DNA from: an uncultured cyanobacterium
GTDB lineage: Bacteria; Cyanobacteriota; Cyanobacteriia; Cyanobacteriales; Nostocaceae
Assembly: GCA_963706595.1 (NCBI GenBank)
Contig: OY970166.1
Coordinates: forward strand, 1,248,001-1,312,000
DNA: 64,000 nt
Direction of reading: 5' to 3'
The notes below the pieces were generated by a model. That model had not been told where the DNA came from and made no database searches. It saw nothing but the letters and a program-made list of their open reading frames with translations. Below are positions 42,327 through 53,365 of the stretch, piece by piece. The position numbers and the translations under genes are program-made. How positions within the stretch are numbered: the first letter of the stretch is position 1; each line of letters begins with the position of its first letter.

Positions 42327-43505
42327 TTAAGCCGATGCTTGGGCTTGCATTGCCCGCGCCAACTCAGCCGCCACTTCCGGACGGGTAAATTCTGGTGGTG
42401 GCAATTCACCCCGACGCAGCATTTCTCTGACTTTGGTTCCTGAAAGGTGAACGCGTTCTTCTGGCTTGCTGGGGCTAGTTTTAGTTGTCGCCATTTGTTT
42501 GCTGCGTGTGCAGTAGAAAGCGTGTTCAAACTTCATTGGCACGATTCCCAATTCACCAGGCTCAAACTCGTCAAAGATGTATTGAGCATCATAAGTGCCG
42601 TAATAATCACCCACACCAGCATGATCCCGTCCCACAATAAAGTGAGTACAACCGTAGTTTTTCCGGACTAAAGCATGGAAAATCGCCTCTCTTGGACCAG
42701 CATAACGCATGGCGGCCGGATTAATTGCCAAAATCACTCGGTCTTCGGGATAGTGATGTTCTAGCAAAATTTCATAGCAGCGCATCCGCACATCGGCAGG
42801 AATATCATCTTCTTTTGTCGCTCCCACCAACGGGTGCAAGAATAAACCATCCACGGTTTCCATAGCACACTTTTGGATATATTCGTGGGCGCGATGGATG
42901 GGGTTACGAGTTTGGAAACCGACGATAGTTTTCCAACCCTTGTCCCTAAACATCTGTCGGGAAGCTGCGGGATCGATTTGGTAGGCGGGAAACTGGGAAT
43001 GGGGATCGCGTTGTAATAACCAAATGTCACCTGCAAGATTTACAGAACCCTGATTGTAGACTACTTGCACACCTGGATGTTTAGCGTCATCAGTACGGTA
43101 AACATTAATCGCCTCTTGGGTTTTATCGTAAACATACTTTTGCGTCAGTTGCAAAACTCCGATAAACTCACCATTGGCGTTATCCAAACGAATCAGGCCG
43201 CCTTCGGGGAGTCGAGAGGCTACTTCTTCTGTTACTGACAGTGTAATTGGTATTGACCATGCCAGTCCATTAGCAAGCCGCATTTCTGTGACGACGCGGG
43301 TGTAGTCTGACTGGTTCATAAAACCCGTGAGTGGACTAAAACCGCCGATAGCAATCATCTCTAAATCAGAAACCGCCCGCGCATCAAGTTGCACTCGTGG
43401 CAAAAAGTCGGCTTTTGAGAGAAATTCTGCCTTTTGTTCTGGTGTAGCGATACGGTTTACCAATTGTCCACCGTGAGGTGCAATGGCATCTGGATATTGA
43501 CTCAA
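42327..43505 (-). CDS. sat: Sulfate adenylyltransferase
   Basis: [39 protein letters not shown]. Confidence 0.96.
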   Translation of the reverse strand: MSQYPDAIAPHGGQLVNRIATPEQKAEFLSKADFLPRVQLDARAVSDLEMIAIGGFSPLTGFMNQSDYTRVVTEMRLANGLAWSIPITLSVTEEVASRLPEGGLIRLDNANGEFIGVLQLTQKYVYDKTQEAINVYRTDDAKHPGVQVVYNQGSVNLAGDIWLLQRDPHSQFPAYQIDPAASRQMFRDKGWKTIVGFQTRNPIHRAHEYIQKCAMETVDGLFLHPLVGATKEDDIPADVRMRCYEILLEHHYPEDRVILAINPAAMRYAGPREAIFHALVRKNYGCTHFIVGRDHAGVGDYYGTYDAQYIFDEFEPGELGIVPMKFEHAFYCTRSKQMATTKTSPSKPEERVHLSGTKVREMLRRGELPPPEFTRPEVAAELARAMQAQASA

Positions 43506-43919
43506 CGTAATCCCCTCTTTGACTTAACTGCAATTGTTTCAAACTATGTACTAACTTATCAAAATGCTGGTACGCAGTTGCAAAGAGTTTGAGAATGGGG
43601 AGATGAGGGGAGAGATGAGGAGAGACGCGATGAATCGCGTCTGTACAAGAGAGGGTCTTGGCAAGTGGGAACTGTGCAAGCATTAGAAGAGTTTGTGGAT
43701 CAAGTTAATAGTCTCTAGAGGTAGTGTGAATTACTGGATTGATTAAAATATAAGCTACCATAACTCTTATAAGTATGGAAACAAGCTAATTCTGTATATA
43801 TACTTAACTGTAATGCATTCAAAATATCATAAATTATCTAAAAATTCACAGTATCTTTTTACACTATTAATCACATAAATAGTATTTTGGTATTGTAGCT
43901 ATTTGATCATCTAAAATCT

Positions 43920-44942
43920 ATGTGGCAAAAACTCAAAAGTACATTGGCATTGATTCCTCTATCCTTGGGAACAATAGCCATAACCAGTTTTATTCAACCA
44001 GCGATTGCGGCTGATTTAGGAATCGCGCAAGACTATAATGTTTTTGTCTTTGGAGATATGAACCAAAGTTCAGATTCCGAAGGTCGTGTGGCTGTTGGTG
44101 GTAATGCCACATTCACTAATTTTGGTATTGCTGACCGTTTATCGAATTCTAATGGTACAGATACTCGACTTGTGGTGGGTGGTAATTTAAATTATAATGG
44201 CGGTCAGATTTTTGGTGGTAATGCTGTTGTTGGCGGTACAGTTAACACCCCTGTCTATTTCAATTGCTCTCCTAACTGTGGTGTCACATCAGGTAATCCC
44301 ATTGATTTTAATGCTGCACGCCAAGAGTTGAATAATCTCTCCAATCACTTAGGTGAATTAGCTGCTAAAGCTACTACAGAGTATAAATGGGGCGGGATTC
44401 ACCTCCAGGGAAACAATGATGCTTTAAATGTTTTTACAATTGATGGTTCCCAATTTTCCAATAGTAGTTACCTGGATTTAAGAGGAGTTGGGAGTGATTC
44501 TACTGTATTGCTGAACATTTTAGGTGATAGCGTCAATATCCAAAATTTTGGATTAAATTATTTTGATGGCGTTAAGAAAGAAAATGTGTTGTTTAACTTT
44601 GTGGATGCAACTGAATTAACAACTACTAGTTTTTCATTCAAGGGCAGTGTACTTGCAACCAAAGCTAATGTTAGTTTTTCTAATGGTAATGTAGAAGGGA
44701 CTATGGTTGCTTCTTCATTATCTGGTAGCGGCGAATTTCACAATATACAATTCACTGGTAATCTCCCACCTGTCAGCAATCAGTGGCTTCCTCCGGTTGA
44801 TGAACCTATTACTACACCACCAGCCAGTGTACCAGAACCAGGTACGATTTTAGGGATGTTTCTCGTAGGAACTTTAGTGGGATTTTCCCGCCGTTCTCAA
44901 ATGTTTTCCAAATCGGCAACTATGGCTAATATCATCCAATAA
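43920..44942 (+). CDS. Choice-of-anchor A family protein with PEP-CTERM sorting signal
   Basis: Signal peptide, DSEGRVAVGGNA, GSVLA...GEFH, C-terminal VPEP + TM + RR. Confidence 0.82.
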   Translation: MWQKLKSTLALIPLSLGTIAITSFIQPAIAADLGIAQDYNVFVFGDMNQSSDSEGRVAVGGNATFTNFGIADRLSNSNGTDTRLVVGGNLNYNGGQIFGGNAVVGGTVNTPVYFNCSPNCGVTSGNPIDFNAARQELNNLSNHLGELAAKATTEYKWGGIHLQGNNDALNVFTIDGSQFSNSSYLDLRGVGSDSTVLLNILGDSVNIQNFGLNYFDGVKKENVLFNFVDATELTTTSFSFKGSVLATKANVSFSNGNVEGTMVASSLSGSGEFHNIQFTGNLPPVSNQWLPPVDEPITTPPASVPEPGTILGMFLVGTLVGFSRRSQMFSKSATMANIIQ

Positions 44943-44988
44943 TACAAAAAACCCCTCCTTTCTTGCTTGCAGGTAGGGGTAGATTTTT

Positions 44989-46044
44989 TTAACTAAATTG
45001 TTCAATAACCCCGCCACCCAAAACTTTATCGCCGTCGTACCAGACAGCAGCTTGTCCGGGGGTGATGCTGACTTGGGGTTCATCAAACACCAAACGCACA
45101 CGGGAATTTTCCAGAGGAATCACTGTCACTGGTGTGGGGTGAGAACGATAACGAATTTGCACTTCAGCGCGAATGGGTGTGGATGGTTCAGCGATAGAAA
45201 CCCAATTTACCTGATTTACAGTGCATTCTGGTTGAGTTACCTTGGTGCGATCGCCTACTACCACTTTATTATTTTCTGCATCTAATTCAATTACATACAG
45301 AGGTTCAGCCGCCGCAATTCCCAAACCTTTACGCTGTCCAATGGTGTAATGATGGACACCATCATGTTGTCCCAAAATTTTCCCAGCGACATCCACAATA
45401 TCCCCTGGTTTGGGTGCAAGATATTTATCCAGAAATGCCCGCATGGAACCGTTGCTTTCCACTAAACACAAATCTTGACTTTCTGGCTTATTCGCAGTGG
45501 TTAACCCGTATTCTGCGGCAATGCGGCGGGTGTCGGCTTTCTCTAATTGTCCTAGAGGAAATACTGTAGCTCCTAGTAAATCTTGAGACAAATCATACAG
45601 AAAATAAGATTGGTCTTTGTTACGGTCAACAGCCCTTAATAACTGGTAGCGGCCAGTTGCTTCGTCATAGTTAATTTGAGCATAGTGACCAGTGGCAATG
45701 CGATCGCAGTCTAACTTTTCACGAGCATACTGCACCATTGGCCCAAACTTCACAGTTTTATTACACTGAGAACAAGGCAGAGGTGTGATTCCAGCGCTGT
45801 AACCAGTCACCAGGAAATCGACAATCTGAGTTTGAAACACCTCACGAATATCCACAACCTCATGGGGAACCCCCAACTGTTCACAGATATCAGCCGCGTC
45901 GATCATTCCTTCAGAGCAACATTGACCCTTACCTTTCATCAACCAAAGGGTCAAACCAACGACTTCATAGCCCTGATGATGCAGAATAGCTGCGGCGGTG
46001 GAACTGTCAACACCACCCGAAAGACCAACGACGACTTTTTTCAT
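44989..46044 (-). CDS. mnmA: tRNA-specific 2-thiouridylase
   Basis: SGGVDSS PP-loop, [34 protein letters not shown]. Confidence 0.97.
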   Translation of the reverse strand: MKKVVVGLSGGVDSSTAAAILHHQGYEVVGLTLWLMKGKGQCCSEGMIDAADICEQLGVPHEVVDIREVFQTQIVDFLVTGYSAGITPLPCSQCNKTVKFGPMVQYAREKLDCDRIATGHYAQINYDEATGRYQLLRAVDRNKDQSYFLYDLSQDLLGATVFPLGQLEKADTRRIAAEYGLTTANKPESQDLCLVESNGSMRAFLDKYLAPKPGDIVDVAGKILGQHDGVHHYTIGQRKGLGIAAAEPLYVIELDAENNKVVVGDRTKVTQPECTVNQVNWVSIAEPSTPIRAEVQIRYRSHPTPVTVIPLENSRVRLVFDEPQVSITPGQAAVWYDGDKVLGGGVIEQFS

Positions 46045-46362
46045 ATACTTAAATCTTCTTAAGCTGTTAGCTGTCAGTGAGAGAGATCAAAATCCATCCT
46101 CAACAGCTTGATGACAAAATATTAATTTTACTTTTTACCTAGAGTTTACTGCAATTCCAGCCACACTACACCTGCGGAACTGTCCAATTATAGCACATAC
46201 ATCTTCAAAGCCTTGCTAGTCAAGCCCTGGAGTTTCCTGATTAAGCAAAAGTAGATTTTATAATTTTTTTTACAGGTAAATTAGCTCTTAGTAAGGGCTT
46301 TAGCCCTTCATTCCGGACTAAAGTCCCGACTACAAACCTTGAATTATTAACGAATACTTAAC

Positions 46363-46503
46363 TTATTGCTGAAGTTTTCTTATTGTTTCCAGTGCCTTTT
46401 GAGACCATTCCTGATTTCCACCTTGTTGCTGATAGAGTTTGACAACTTGCTGTAAATCTGAATTGGAATTATTACAATCAAGTTCCTGTGAATATGCTAC
46501 CAA
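46363..46503 (-). pseudogene. Probable remnant of the 3' end of a TPR-protein gene
   Basis: Manual translation SDLQQVVKLYQQQGGNQEWSQKALETIRKLQQ* resembles the capping helix of cyanobacterial TPR proteins; upstream in-frame stop and MITEs. Confidence 0.45.
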
Positions 46504-46544
46504 AACAAATTGTGGTGGCTGACCCTATTCCCGCCTCAGAATGT

Positions 46545-46748
46545 TTCTCTTGTGGAACAGGCAAGATGCCTGTTGTGGGGGGACTAGAAGCCCACCCCAC
46601 AATATTTATGCTTATGCACTAATTTAGGCTGGCCACGCCACTACTAGCGTGGCAAGGCTAAAATGTTGCAATAGATTTTTGAGAAAATTCAGATAAATCA
46701 ATGTTTTCGGCTTTTTCCTAATGCACTATTTTAAGCTTGCCACGCTAC
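46545..46748. mobile_element. Tandem of IS630-type MITEs (partial 131-bp type plus 105-bp type) joined at TA 46642-46643
   Basis: CACGCCAC|TA|CTAGCGTGGCAAGG junction; both parts are reverse complements of elements at 33019 and 9383/34403. Confidence 0.78.
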
Positions 46749-46791
46749 TACAAAACTGAATTAAATCAGATGAAATCCCGTGATTTTGCGA

Positions 46792-47229
46792 TTAGACCTT
46801 AGTATATTTATCTACTATCTTGGCTAAGTCTGGTACGGCTTCTTCTACGTGTTTCTTGGCGGAACCACGGAATTTTTCATAGGTTCCTTTGATAATTTGA
46901 CGCGTTGTGTTCTTGATCCTCGCATCGGTAACGCCCAGCATGGCATCTGCTGTATCAGAACGACTGGCGACGAGGTGGGCGGCGGGATCACCTTTTTCTA
47001 AGCCTTCACTCCAGAGAGGATCAAGGGCTGTCAAGAACTGCGGTAGTAGCTGTTCGACAACGTAGGGGATGTATCCGGGTTTTACTCCTTTTAAGGCTGT
47101 GAAGGCGGTTTTGATGGCTATACCACTCATACCTGACTTGGAAGCCAGCTGCTGGTCGATCATGTTGCAGCAATCATCTACAACCATCGCCTTTTTGTTT
47201 GGACTTAATAGCTGATCACTCAATCCCAT
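46792..47229 (-). CDS. Conserved hypothetical protein (DUF6918-like)
   Basis: SKSGMSGIAIK...VKPGY...ADAMLGVTDAR...AKKHVEEAVP pattern. Confidence 0.65.
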   Translation of the reverse strand: MGLSDQLLSPNKKAMVVDDCCNMIDQQLASKSGMSGIAIKTAFTALKGVKPGYIPYVVEQLLPQFLTALDPLWSEGLEKGDPAAHLVASRSDTADAMLGVTDARIKNTTRQIIKGTYEKFRGSAKKHVEEAVPDLAKIVDKYTKV

Positions 47230-47347
47230 TTTATTCCTCCTGAATATGAATGCAGTTAATTGTCCTAGCTAATCAAATTTTTAGCTAATTTTAGTAGCTT
47301 ATATCATGTCCGCATGATTGCTGATCAAACCCGGAATGCTATTCAAT

Positions 47348-49291
47348 TTAATTTTTCAGTAATCTCAGTCCACTGAGTGTAACTAATACGGTGGAACCTT
47401 CATGTCCAATTACGCCGATGGGGAGGTTAATGTTGCCTAAAAAGTTACCGATTAATAACAAGAGAATAAAGCCTAGTGCTACAACTATATTCTGTTTGAC
47501 CACAGAGTGCGATCGCCTGCCCAATTCTATGGCTGTGGCGAGTTTGTCTAACTTATCTGCCATTAAAACTATATCTGCTGTTTCCAAAGCCACATCACTG
47601 CCGGCGATGCCCATAGCAATGCCTACAGAAGCCTGTGCCAGGGCTGGAGCATCATTAATGCCATCCCCCACCATTGCCACGGTTTGATATTCTTCCTGGA
47701 GCTTACGGATAACATCCAGCTTATCTTCAGGGAGGAGTTCGGCATAAACTCGGTCAATGCCCACAGTTTGCGCTACACTGTCAGCCGTGCGTTGATTATC
47801 GCCGGTAATCATGACAATTTGCTCAACTCCCAATTTTCGCAACCGGCTAATCATGGCTGCTGCTTCTATTCTGAGCATATCGGAAATGGCGATCGCACCC
47901 ATAACAAATATTCCCCTCTCTGCTTGCGGGGAGGGGCTAGGGGTGGGGTTCTTCGCTACCCAAACCACCGTTTTACCTTGATTTTCCAGAGATTGCGCTG
48001 ATTTTTGTAATTCCTCTGGGAACTGGGTAACGTATTGCTTGATAAAAGCGGTATTCCCGACAAACACCTGTGCGTTATTCACAAAGCCGACAATTCCCTG
48101 TCCGGGTATAGCTTGGACATCAACCCCACGCACCCACTCTGTACCAGAGGCCTGGACAATAGCTTTAGCAATGGGATGTTCTGAGCAAGATTCCAAAGCG
48201 GCTGCGGCTTTTAATACCTCATCTTCCGAATATTCACTACTAGTAATTACTTGAGATACTTGGACATTGCCTGTAGTTAGAGTACCAGTTTTATCAAAGG
48301 CGATCGCGCGAACTTTACCAATCTTTTCCAACTGCACCCCATTCTTAAACAAAATCCCCTGTCGCGCCCCATTCGCAATTCCTGATAACAGTGTAGGCAT
48401 AATTGCCGCCATTAGCGCACAGGGAGAAGCCACCACCAAAAAAGTCAACGCGCGGTAAATCGTCACTTCCCAACTCCAACCCCAAATAAACGGTGGTAAA
48501 AATACTAACAATAAACCAGCCACGACAATTACCCGCGCATATATTCGTTCAAATCGTTCAATAAACTGTTGAGAAGGGGGTGCTTCCGTCTGTGCTTGTT
48601 CCACCAAGCGAATCACGCGCTGAATCAAACTACTAGAAGCTGGTTTGTGAACCTGAAGTTTTAAAGCCCCAAAACCGTTGAGAGTCCCTGCAAAAACTTC
48701 ATCTCCTACCGACTTTTCTATAGGTAGAGACTCCCCTGTAATTGCGGCTTGATTTAGAGTACTATAACCAGAAACAATCAACCCATCAGTAGGAATCAAC
48801 TCACCGGGTTTGACAATAATTTCATCACCCACCTTCAGCTGAGTAATGGGAAGCATTTCTTCCTCTCCCCCCAGTAAAACCCTAGCTGTATCTGGAGTCA
48901 GACTCATTAAACCCTTGATACTGCGTTCAGTACGGCGCATCGCGTAACCTTCCAAAGCGCCACTAATAGCAAAGATGAGAATCAAAATCGCCCCATCAAT
49001 AATCAGATAATATTCCTTACGCCATAAACCCAGACTAGCAGCACCAAGCGCCGCCACAATCATCAGCAAATCAACATCCAACTCCCTTTCCTTCACTAGA
49101 GTAGTCAAACCCTCACGGGCGCTGTCATAACCACCAATCACATAAGCAGCAGGTAACAACAACAAAGCCCATCCCAACCAACCAATATGTAAAGCCAACC
49201 AACCCAGAAACAACAGCATTCCACAAACCAAAGCTGCTAAAGTATCCGAATGTTCCTGAGTAAACCGCCTCAAACCCTGAGAATAAACCAT
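47348..49291 (-). CDS. Heavy-metal P1B-4 ATPase, CoaT-like cobalt exporter (start at ATG 49291, or GTG 49309)
   Basis: TGES, SPC in the TM region, DKTGTLT, SEHP, GDGINDAPAL, HEGST; no N-terminal metal-binding domain. Confidence 0.9.
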   Translation of the reverse strand: MVYSQGLRRFTQEHSDTLAALVCGMLLFLGWLALHIGWLGWALLLLPAAYVIGGYDSAREGLTTLVKERELDVDLLMIVAALGAASLGLWRKEYYLIIDGAILILIFAISGALEGYAMRRTERSIKGLMSLTPDTARVLLGGEEEMLPITQLKVGDEIIVKPGELIPTDGLIVSGYSTLNQAAITGESLPIEKSVGDEVFAGTLNGFGALKLQVHKPASSSLIQRVIRLVEQAQTEAPPSQQFIERFERIYARVIVVAGLLLVFLPPFIWGWSWEVTIYRALTFLVVASPCALMAAIMPTLLSGIANGARQGILFKNGVQLEKIGKVRAIAFDKTGTLTTGNVQVSQVITSSEYSEDEVLKAAAALESCSEHPIAKAIVQASGTEWVRGVDVQAIPGQGIVGFVNNAQVFVGNTAFIKQYVTQFPEELQKSAQSLENQGKTVVWVAKNPTPSPSPQAERGIFVMGAIAISDMLRIEAAAMISRLRKLGVEQIVMITGDNQRTADSVAQTVGIDRVYAELLPEDKLDVIRKLQEEYQTVAMVGDGINDAPALAQASVGIAMGIAGSDVALETADIVLMADKLDKLATAIELGRRSHSVVKQNIVVALGFILLLLIGNFLGNINLPIGVIGHEGSTVLVTLSGLRLLKN

Positions 49292-49318
49292 GAAAATTGC
49301 ATAAATCACAACCCCCTC

Positions 49319-49350
49319 ACCCTAAACCTTGACATTACTGTTAATGTCAA
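49319..49350 (-). promoter_or_regulatory. MerR-type promoter/operator for the ATPase
   Basis: Minus strand TTGACA-20 bp-TAGGGT, overlapped by the dyad TTGACATT-N6-AATGTCAA (49329-49350). Confidence 0.8.
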
Positions 49351-49498
49351 CCCCACAAAAAACCTCTCCGCGTACCTCTGCGTTAACCTCAGCGTACCTA
49401 CCCTCCGGGAACGCCTAACGGCGAATGCGTTAAAAAATATTTCCCAAAAAAACTTTTTTCCCCGATAATTAACCTTAATCAAACACTTTGAAATAACA

Positions 49499-51043
49499 AT
49501 GCTAGTAAAAAAAGCAATCACTCGAATTTCGAGTTTGTCTTTGCAATCACCTTGGTTGATTATCATTATTTTTTCTAGTCTCGGTTTAATCGGTATTTTC
49601 AACCATTCAATGTGGAGAGATGAACTCAACCCCTGGCTAATTGTCAGAGATAGTGAATCTTTTGGAGATTTAATTGCCAATATTCATTACGAAGGACATC
49701 CAGTGCTGTGGTATTTTTGTCTAGCAGTTCTCAGAAGAATTGCGGAAAATCCCCTGATTATGCAACTTTTTCATTTAGCTATAGCAATTGGTTCAGTGAC
49801 TATTTTTTGTTTATATAGTCCCTTTAATTATCAACAAAAATTTCTATTCTCCTTTGGTTTCTTTCCTTTTTATGAATATCTGCTGATATCGCGAAATTAT
49901 GCGTTTAGTATGCTGTTCATTTTTGGATTTTGTCAAGTATTTTCATCCAGAAAAAAAACTTATATTTACTTGGCAATTTTATTAGCTTTGCTGGCAAATA
50001 GTAGTGCTTATGCCTTATTTGTCTCATTTTCTTTATTCTTAACTTTGCTAGTAGAATTTTGGTTTGATATTGAACATCGAAATCAGTATTTAAGTCAGAG
50101 CAAAAAATACGATTTATTTGTAAGTTTGGGAATTGTGATATTTTCTTTGATTTTATCGATTTATATTATTAGTCCTCCAGCAGATAGTTATCTTCATGGT
50201 GGGTTAGATAATGGATGGATGAATCAATTAGATTTGCGCCATTTCTTCAGAAGTCTAGGTAGATTATTTGGGAGTTATTTCTTGATAATTCCCACGCACA
50301 AAAGATGGCTGGATTTAATTGTCTGTGGTGGCATTATTTTATTTATCGTAGCATTATCGGTAATTAAGTTATCTAAAAAGCCCTTGGCGTTGTTTTTCTA
50401 CATCACAGGTAATTCTGTAATACTGACATTTACCTACTTGAGATTTTTAGGTGTGCCTCGACATTTTGGACATCTTTATTTAATTCTGATAGCCGGGTTA
50501 TGGCTAGGAAGTTACTACCAAGAATCTACATTGTTAATCAATAAATTTCCTTTGCCAGTAAAAACAATTAAATTGGCTGAAAAATGGCATCAAATAGTCT
50601 TTATGCTGATTCTCTATGTGCAGTTTATCGGCGGAATTGGCAGTTTTACCAAAAACTTAGTTGTCCCATATTCAGCCAGTCGTGAAACGGCTAATTATAT
50701 GCAAAAATCTCAGTTAAATAAGGAATTTATTGTTGCCAGTAGAGATGCTAATATGGCGGCATTATCGGGTTATCTAGACAGAAAATTTTACTATCCTGAA
50801 AGGCAAGAAATGGGAAGTTTTACCCTGTTTAAAGCAGGTCGTAAAGGTGTAGAACAACCTGAAATATTAGCACAAATTACTTCTCTGTTAACAAAGCAAC
50901 CAGATAACAGCAAAATTTTGCTAATTTTAACTAAAGAACTGAATGTAAATCGCGAGGATTTAAAGATTGTTTCTATCAAAAATTTCGAGAAGGCTTGGGT
51001 AGATGATGAACGATTTTACCTTTATTGGGTAAATAAACTATAA
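49499..51043 (+). CDS. Polytopic membrane protein, possible GT-C-fold glycosyltransferase
   Basis: Many TM segments; first loop WRDE...YEGHPVLWY, EY..ISRNY. Confidence 0.65.
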   Translation: MLVKKAITRISSLSLQSPWLIIIIFSSLGLIGIFNHSMWRDELNPWLIVRDSESFGDLIANIHYEGHPVLWYFCLAVLRRIAENPLIMQLFHLAIAIGSVTIFCLYSPFNYQQKFLFSFGFFPFYEYLLISRNYAFSMLFIFGFCQVFSSRKKTYIYLAILLALLANSSAYALFVSFSLFLTLLVEFWFDIEHRNQYLSQSKKYDLFVSLGIVIFSLILSIYIISPPADSYLHGGLDNGWMNQLDLRHFFRSLGRLFGSYFLIIPTHKRWLDLIVCGGIILFIVALSVIKLSKKPLALFFYITGNSVILTFTYLRFLGVPRHFGHLYLILIAGLWLGSYYQESTLLINKFPLPVKTIKLAEKWHQIVFMLILYVQFIGGIGSFTKNLVVPYSASRETANYMQKSQLNKEFIVASRDANMAALSGYLDRKFYYPERQEMGSFTLFKAGRKGVEQPEILAQITSLLTKQPDNSKILLILTKELNVNREDLKIVSIKNFEKAWVDDERFYLYWVNKL

Positions 51044-51069
51044 AGTAGATAAACACTGATAAAGCGAAT

Positions 51070-52179
51070 ATGCTGCCGATGAATACTGGTTGCTTAACAA
51101 TCAAAGAACTGACTGATGCAGTCGGAGAAGGTATAACCCCCCGCATGGTCAGACATTACCATCAATTAGGACTACTACCACAACCAGAGCGATCGCCTAG
51201 TAACTACCGCCTTTACACAGATAGAGATATAATCAGATTGCAGCGCATCGTCGCCTTAAAAAATCAAGGTTTCCAACTCAACCATATTCGCCACATTTTA
51301 GAAACCGAACCACAGACAGACAACCTGATAGAACAACTCCAGCAGCAATATCGGGCTGTGATGCAGCAAATAACCCAACTGCGACAAACAGCCTCAGCAT
51401 TAGAGAATTTACTGGGACGCGATCGCCATTGTCAAATCATGCAAGCCGAAGTCCTATCCCAACTCAAACATTTAGAAGTAGAAACCCAAATTGGCATAGG
51501 AGAACTCAATCAATTGTGGAGTGGCTTAGATGCAGAAGTACATCATCATCCAGAAGCATTCACCGAATCATTGCAGAGAATTTTACCCGACTTATCCCAG
51601 CGTTCGGAAATCGAACAAGATTTAATTGCCCAATTAGTCATAGCCTGCGGTGATGTTAGTTTAGTATCTTTTGTGAAAATCAGTCAAGGTGCGATCGCTG
51701 CCAGTAGAGAAAGCCTCAAAACAGGGTGTAAAATCGTCGTAGATATCCCCACCGTCGCCGCAGCCTTAGATCAAACCAGACTCACCCATTTAGGTTGTGA
51801 AACCATCACCTTAATAGACAACCCCCATATTACCACCGCCCCAGAAGCCGAAACAGAATTTTGGCAACAGCAGAAATGGCGAAAAAAACTCACCCAAATC
51901 ACTAACAACAGTATATTAGTCATAGGATACGCCCCATCAGTCCTTTTAGAAATCTGCGAAGCCATAGACCAGAAAAAAATCCAACCCGCCCTCATCATCG
52001 GCTTACCCATAGGCTTCAGTCACGCCCCCGCAGCCAAACGCAGACTTATGCAACAACCAATACCATACATAACCATAGAAGGAACCCTTGGCGGAGGACT
52101 CCTAGCCGCCACAACCCTCAACTCCCTGCTAGAAACCCTAATAAACAAACCCCATTGCCACTGCCATCTTACCTCCTAA
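51070..52179 (+). CDS. MerR-family regulator fused to a precorrin isomerase (CbiC/CobH)-like domain, CoaR/CorR-like
   Basis: TIKEL...PRMVRHYHQLGLL...NYRLY HTH; IGYAPS...IIGLPIGF...GGGLLAA CbiC-like part; C-terminal HCHCH. Confidence 0.88.
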   Translation: MLPMNTGCLTIKELTDAVGEGITPRMVRHYHQLGLLPQPERSPSNYRLYTDRDIIRLQRIVALKNQGFQLNHIRHILETEPQTDNLIEQLQQQYRAVMQQITQLRQTASALENLLGRDRHCQIMQAEVLSQLKHLEVETQIGIGELNQLWSGLDAEVHHHPEAFTESLQRILPDLSQRSEIEQDLIAQLVIACGDVSLVSFVKISQGAIAASRESLKTGCKIVVDIPTVAAALDQTRLTHLGCETITLIDNPHITTAPEAETEFWQQQKWRKKLTQITNNSILVIGYAPSVLLEICEAIDQKKIQPALIIGLPIGFSHAPAAKRRLMQQPIPYITIEGTLGGGLLAATTLNSLLETLINKPHCHCHLTS

Positions 52180-52233
52180 CCTCCGCGCCTCTGCTTACTG
52201 AGCGAAGTCGAAGTATGCGCCTGGTGCGTGACA

Positions 52234-53334
52234 CTACCCCCTCCGCCGCAAAACCAACCAAGTAACAACCGGAGTCCCAATTAAAGCCGTCACCGAATTC
52301 AGAGGTAAAACCAACTGATTTCCAGGTAACTGAGACACCAAATCTGCAACCAAAGCCAAAATACCCCCCATCATCGTCACCGCAGGAACCAAAACCCGAT
52401 GGTCAGAAGTATTAAACAAACTCCGACACAAATGAGGAACCGAAACCCCCAAAAAAGCGATCGGACCACAAAAAGCCGTAATTGCCCCTGCTAAAATAGA
52501 AGCACTCGTAATCAACCAAAACCGAGTCCGTTGCACAGCCAAACCCAGAGTACTAGCATAAGACTCACCCAGCAGCAGCGCATTTAAAGGTTTCGACAAC
52601 AGAATAGCCACAGCTAACCCCAAAACCACCACAGGCGCTAAAACTAAAATTTGCCTCCAAGTCACACCGCCAAAACTGCCAAAAGTCCATTGTAAATAAG
52701 TTTGAATATTATTAGTTTCGCTAAATTGCAGCAAAATACTCACTAAAGCACTGGTAGCATAGCCAAACAATAAACCTAAAATCAGCAGTTGCATTGTATC
52801 TTGAACCCGACGCGCCACTAGTAAAACTAAACCTAAAGCTAAACCTGCGCCTAAACTAGCTGCTATAACTAAACTTAAATCACCAATTATTCCTAAACCT
52901 TTAAACATAGCACCAGCACCAGTAGCACTTGTTGTGAGAACAACCAAAGCTACACCTAAACTTGCACCAGAACTAATTCCTAATACAAAAGGTCCCGCTA
53001 AAGCATTTCTAAATAAAGTTTGCATTTGTAAACCACTGACTCCCAAAGCTGCACCGGCTAGAGTGGCTGTTAAGGCTTTAGGTAAACGAAACTTGAGGAT
53101 AATATTAGTCCAAGTGGCTTTTTCTGGTTCTCCTCCTAGTAAGATGGTCAGGACTTCGTTGATGGGTATATTGACTGAACCGAAACCTAAATCTAGTAAA
53201 AAGGCGAAGATTAAGGCTGATAGTAAGGTGAGGAAAATTAGATGTTGACGGGTTGATTTTTTATGAGTTAGGAATTTAACGAACCGCCAAGTACGCCAAG
53301 TACGCCAAGAGAAGAGAGAGAGAATTTCACGCAT
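52234..53334 (-). CDS. FecCD/BtuC-type ABC permease (true start may be downstream of 53334)
   Basis: FRLPKA, QTLFRNALAGPFVLGISSGA, GESYASTLG, GPIAFLG..VPHL. Confidence 0.9.
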   Translation of the reverse strand: MREILSLFSWRTWRTWRFVKFLTHKKSTRQHLIFLTLLSALIFAFLLDLGFGSVNIPINEVLTILLGGEPEKATWTNIILKFRLPKALTATLAGAALGVSGLQMQTLFRNALAGPFVLGISSGASLGVALVVLTTSATGAGAMFKGLGIIGDLSLVIAASLGAGLALGLVLLVARRVQDTMQLLILGLLFGYATSALVSILLQFSETNNIQTYLQWTFGSFGGVTWRQILVLAPVVVLGLAVAILLSKPLNALLLGESYASTLGLAVQRTRFWLITSASILAGAITAFCGPIAFLGVSVPHLCRSLFNTSDHRVLVPAVTMMGGILALVADLVSQLPGNQLVLPLNSVTALIGTPVVTWLVLRRRG

Positions 53335-53365
53335 TGTTTAAAATTCGTAGTAAGGACTTTAGTCC

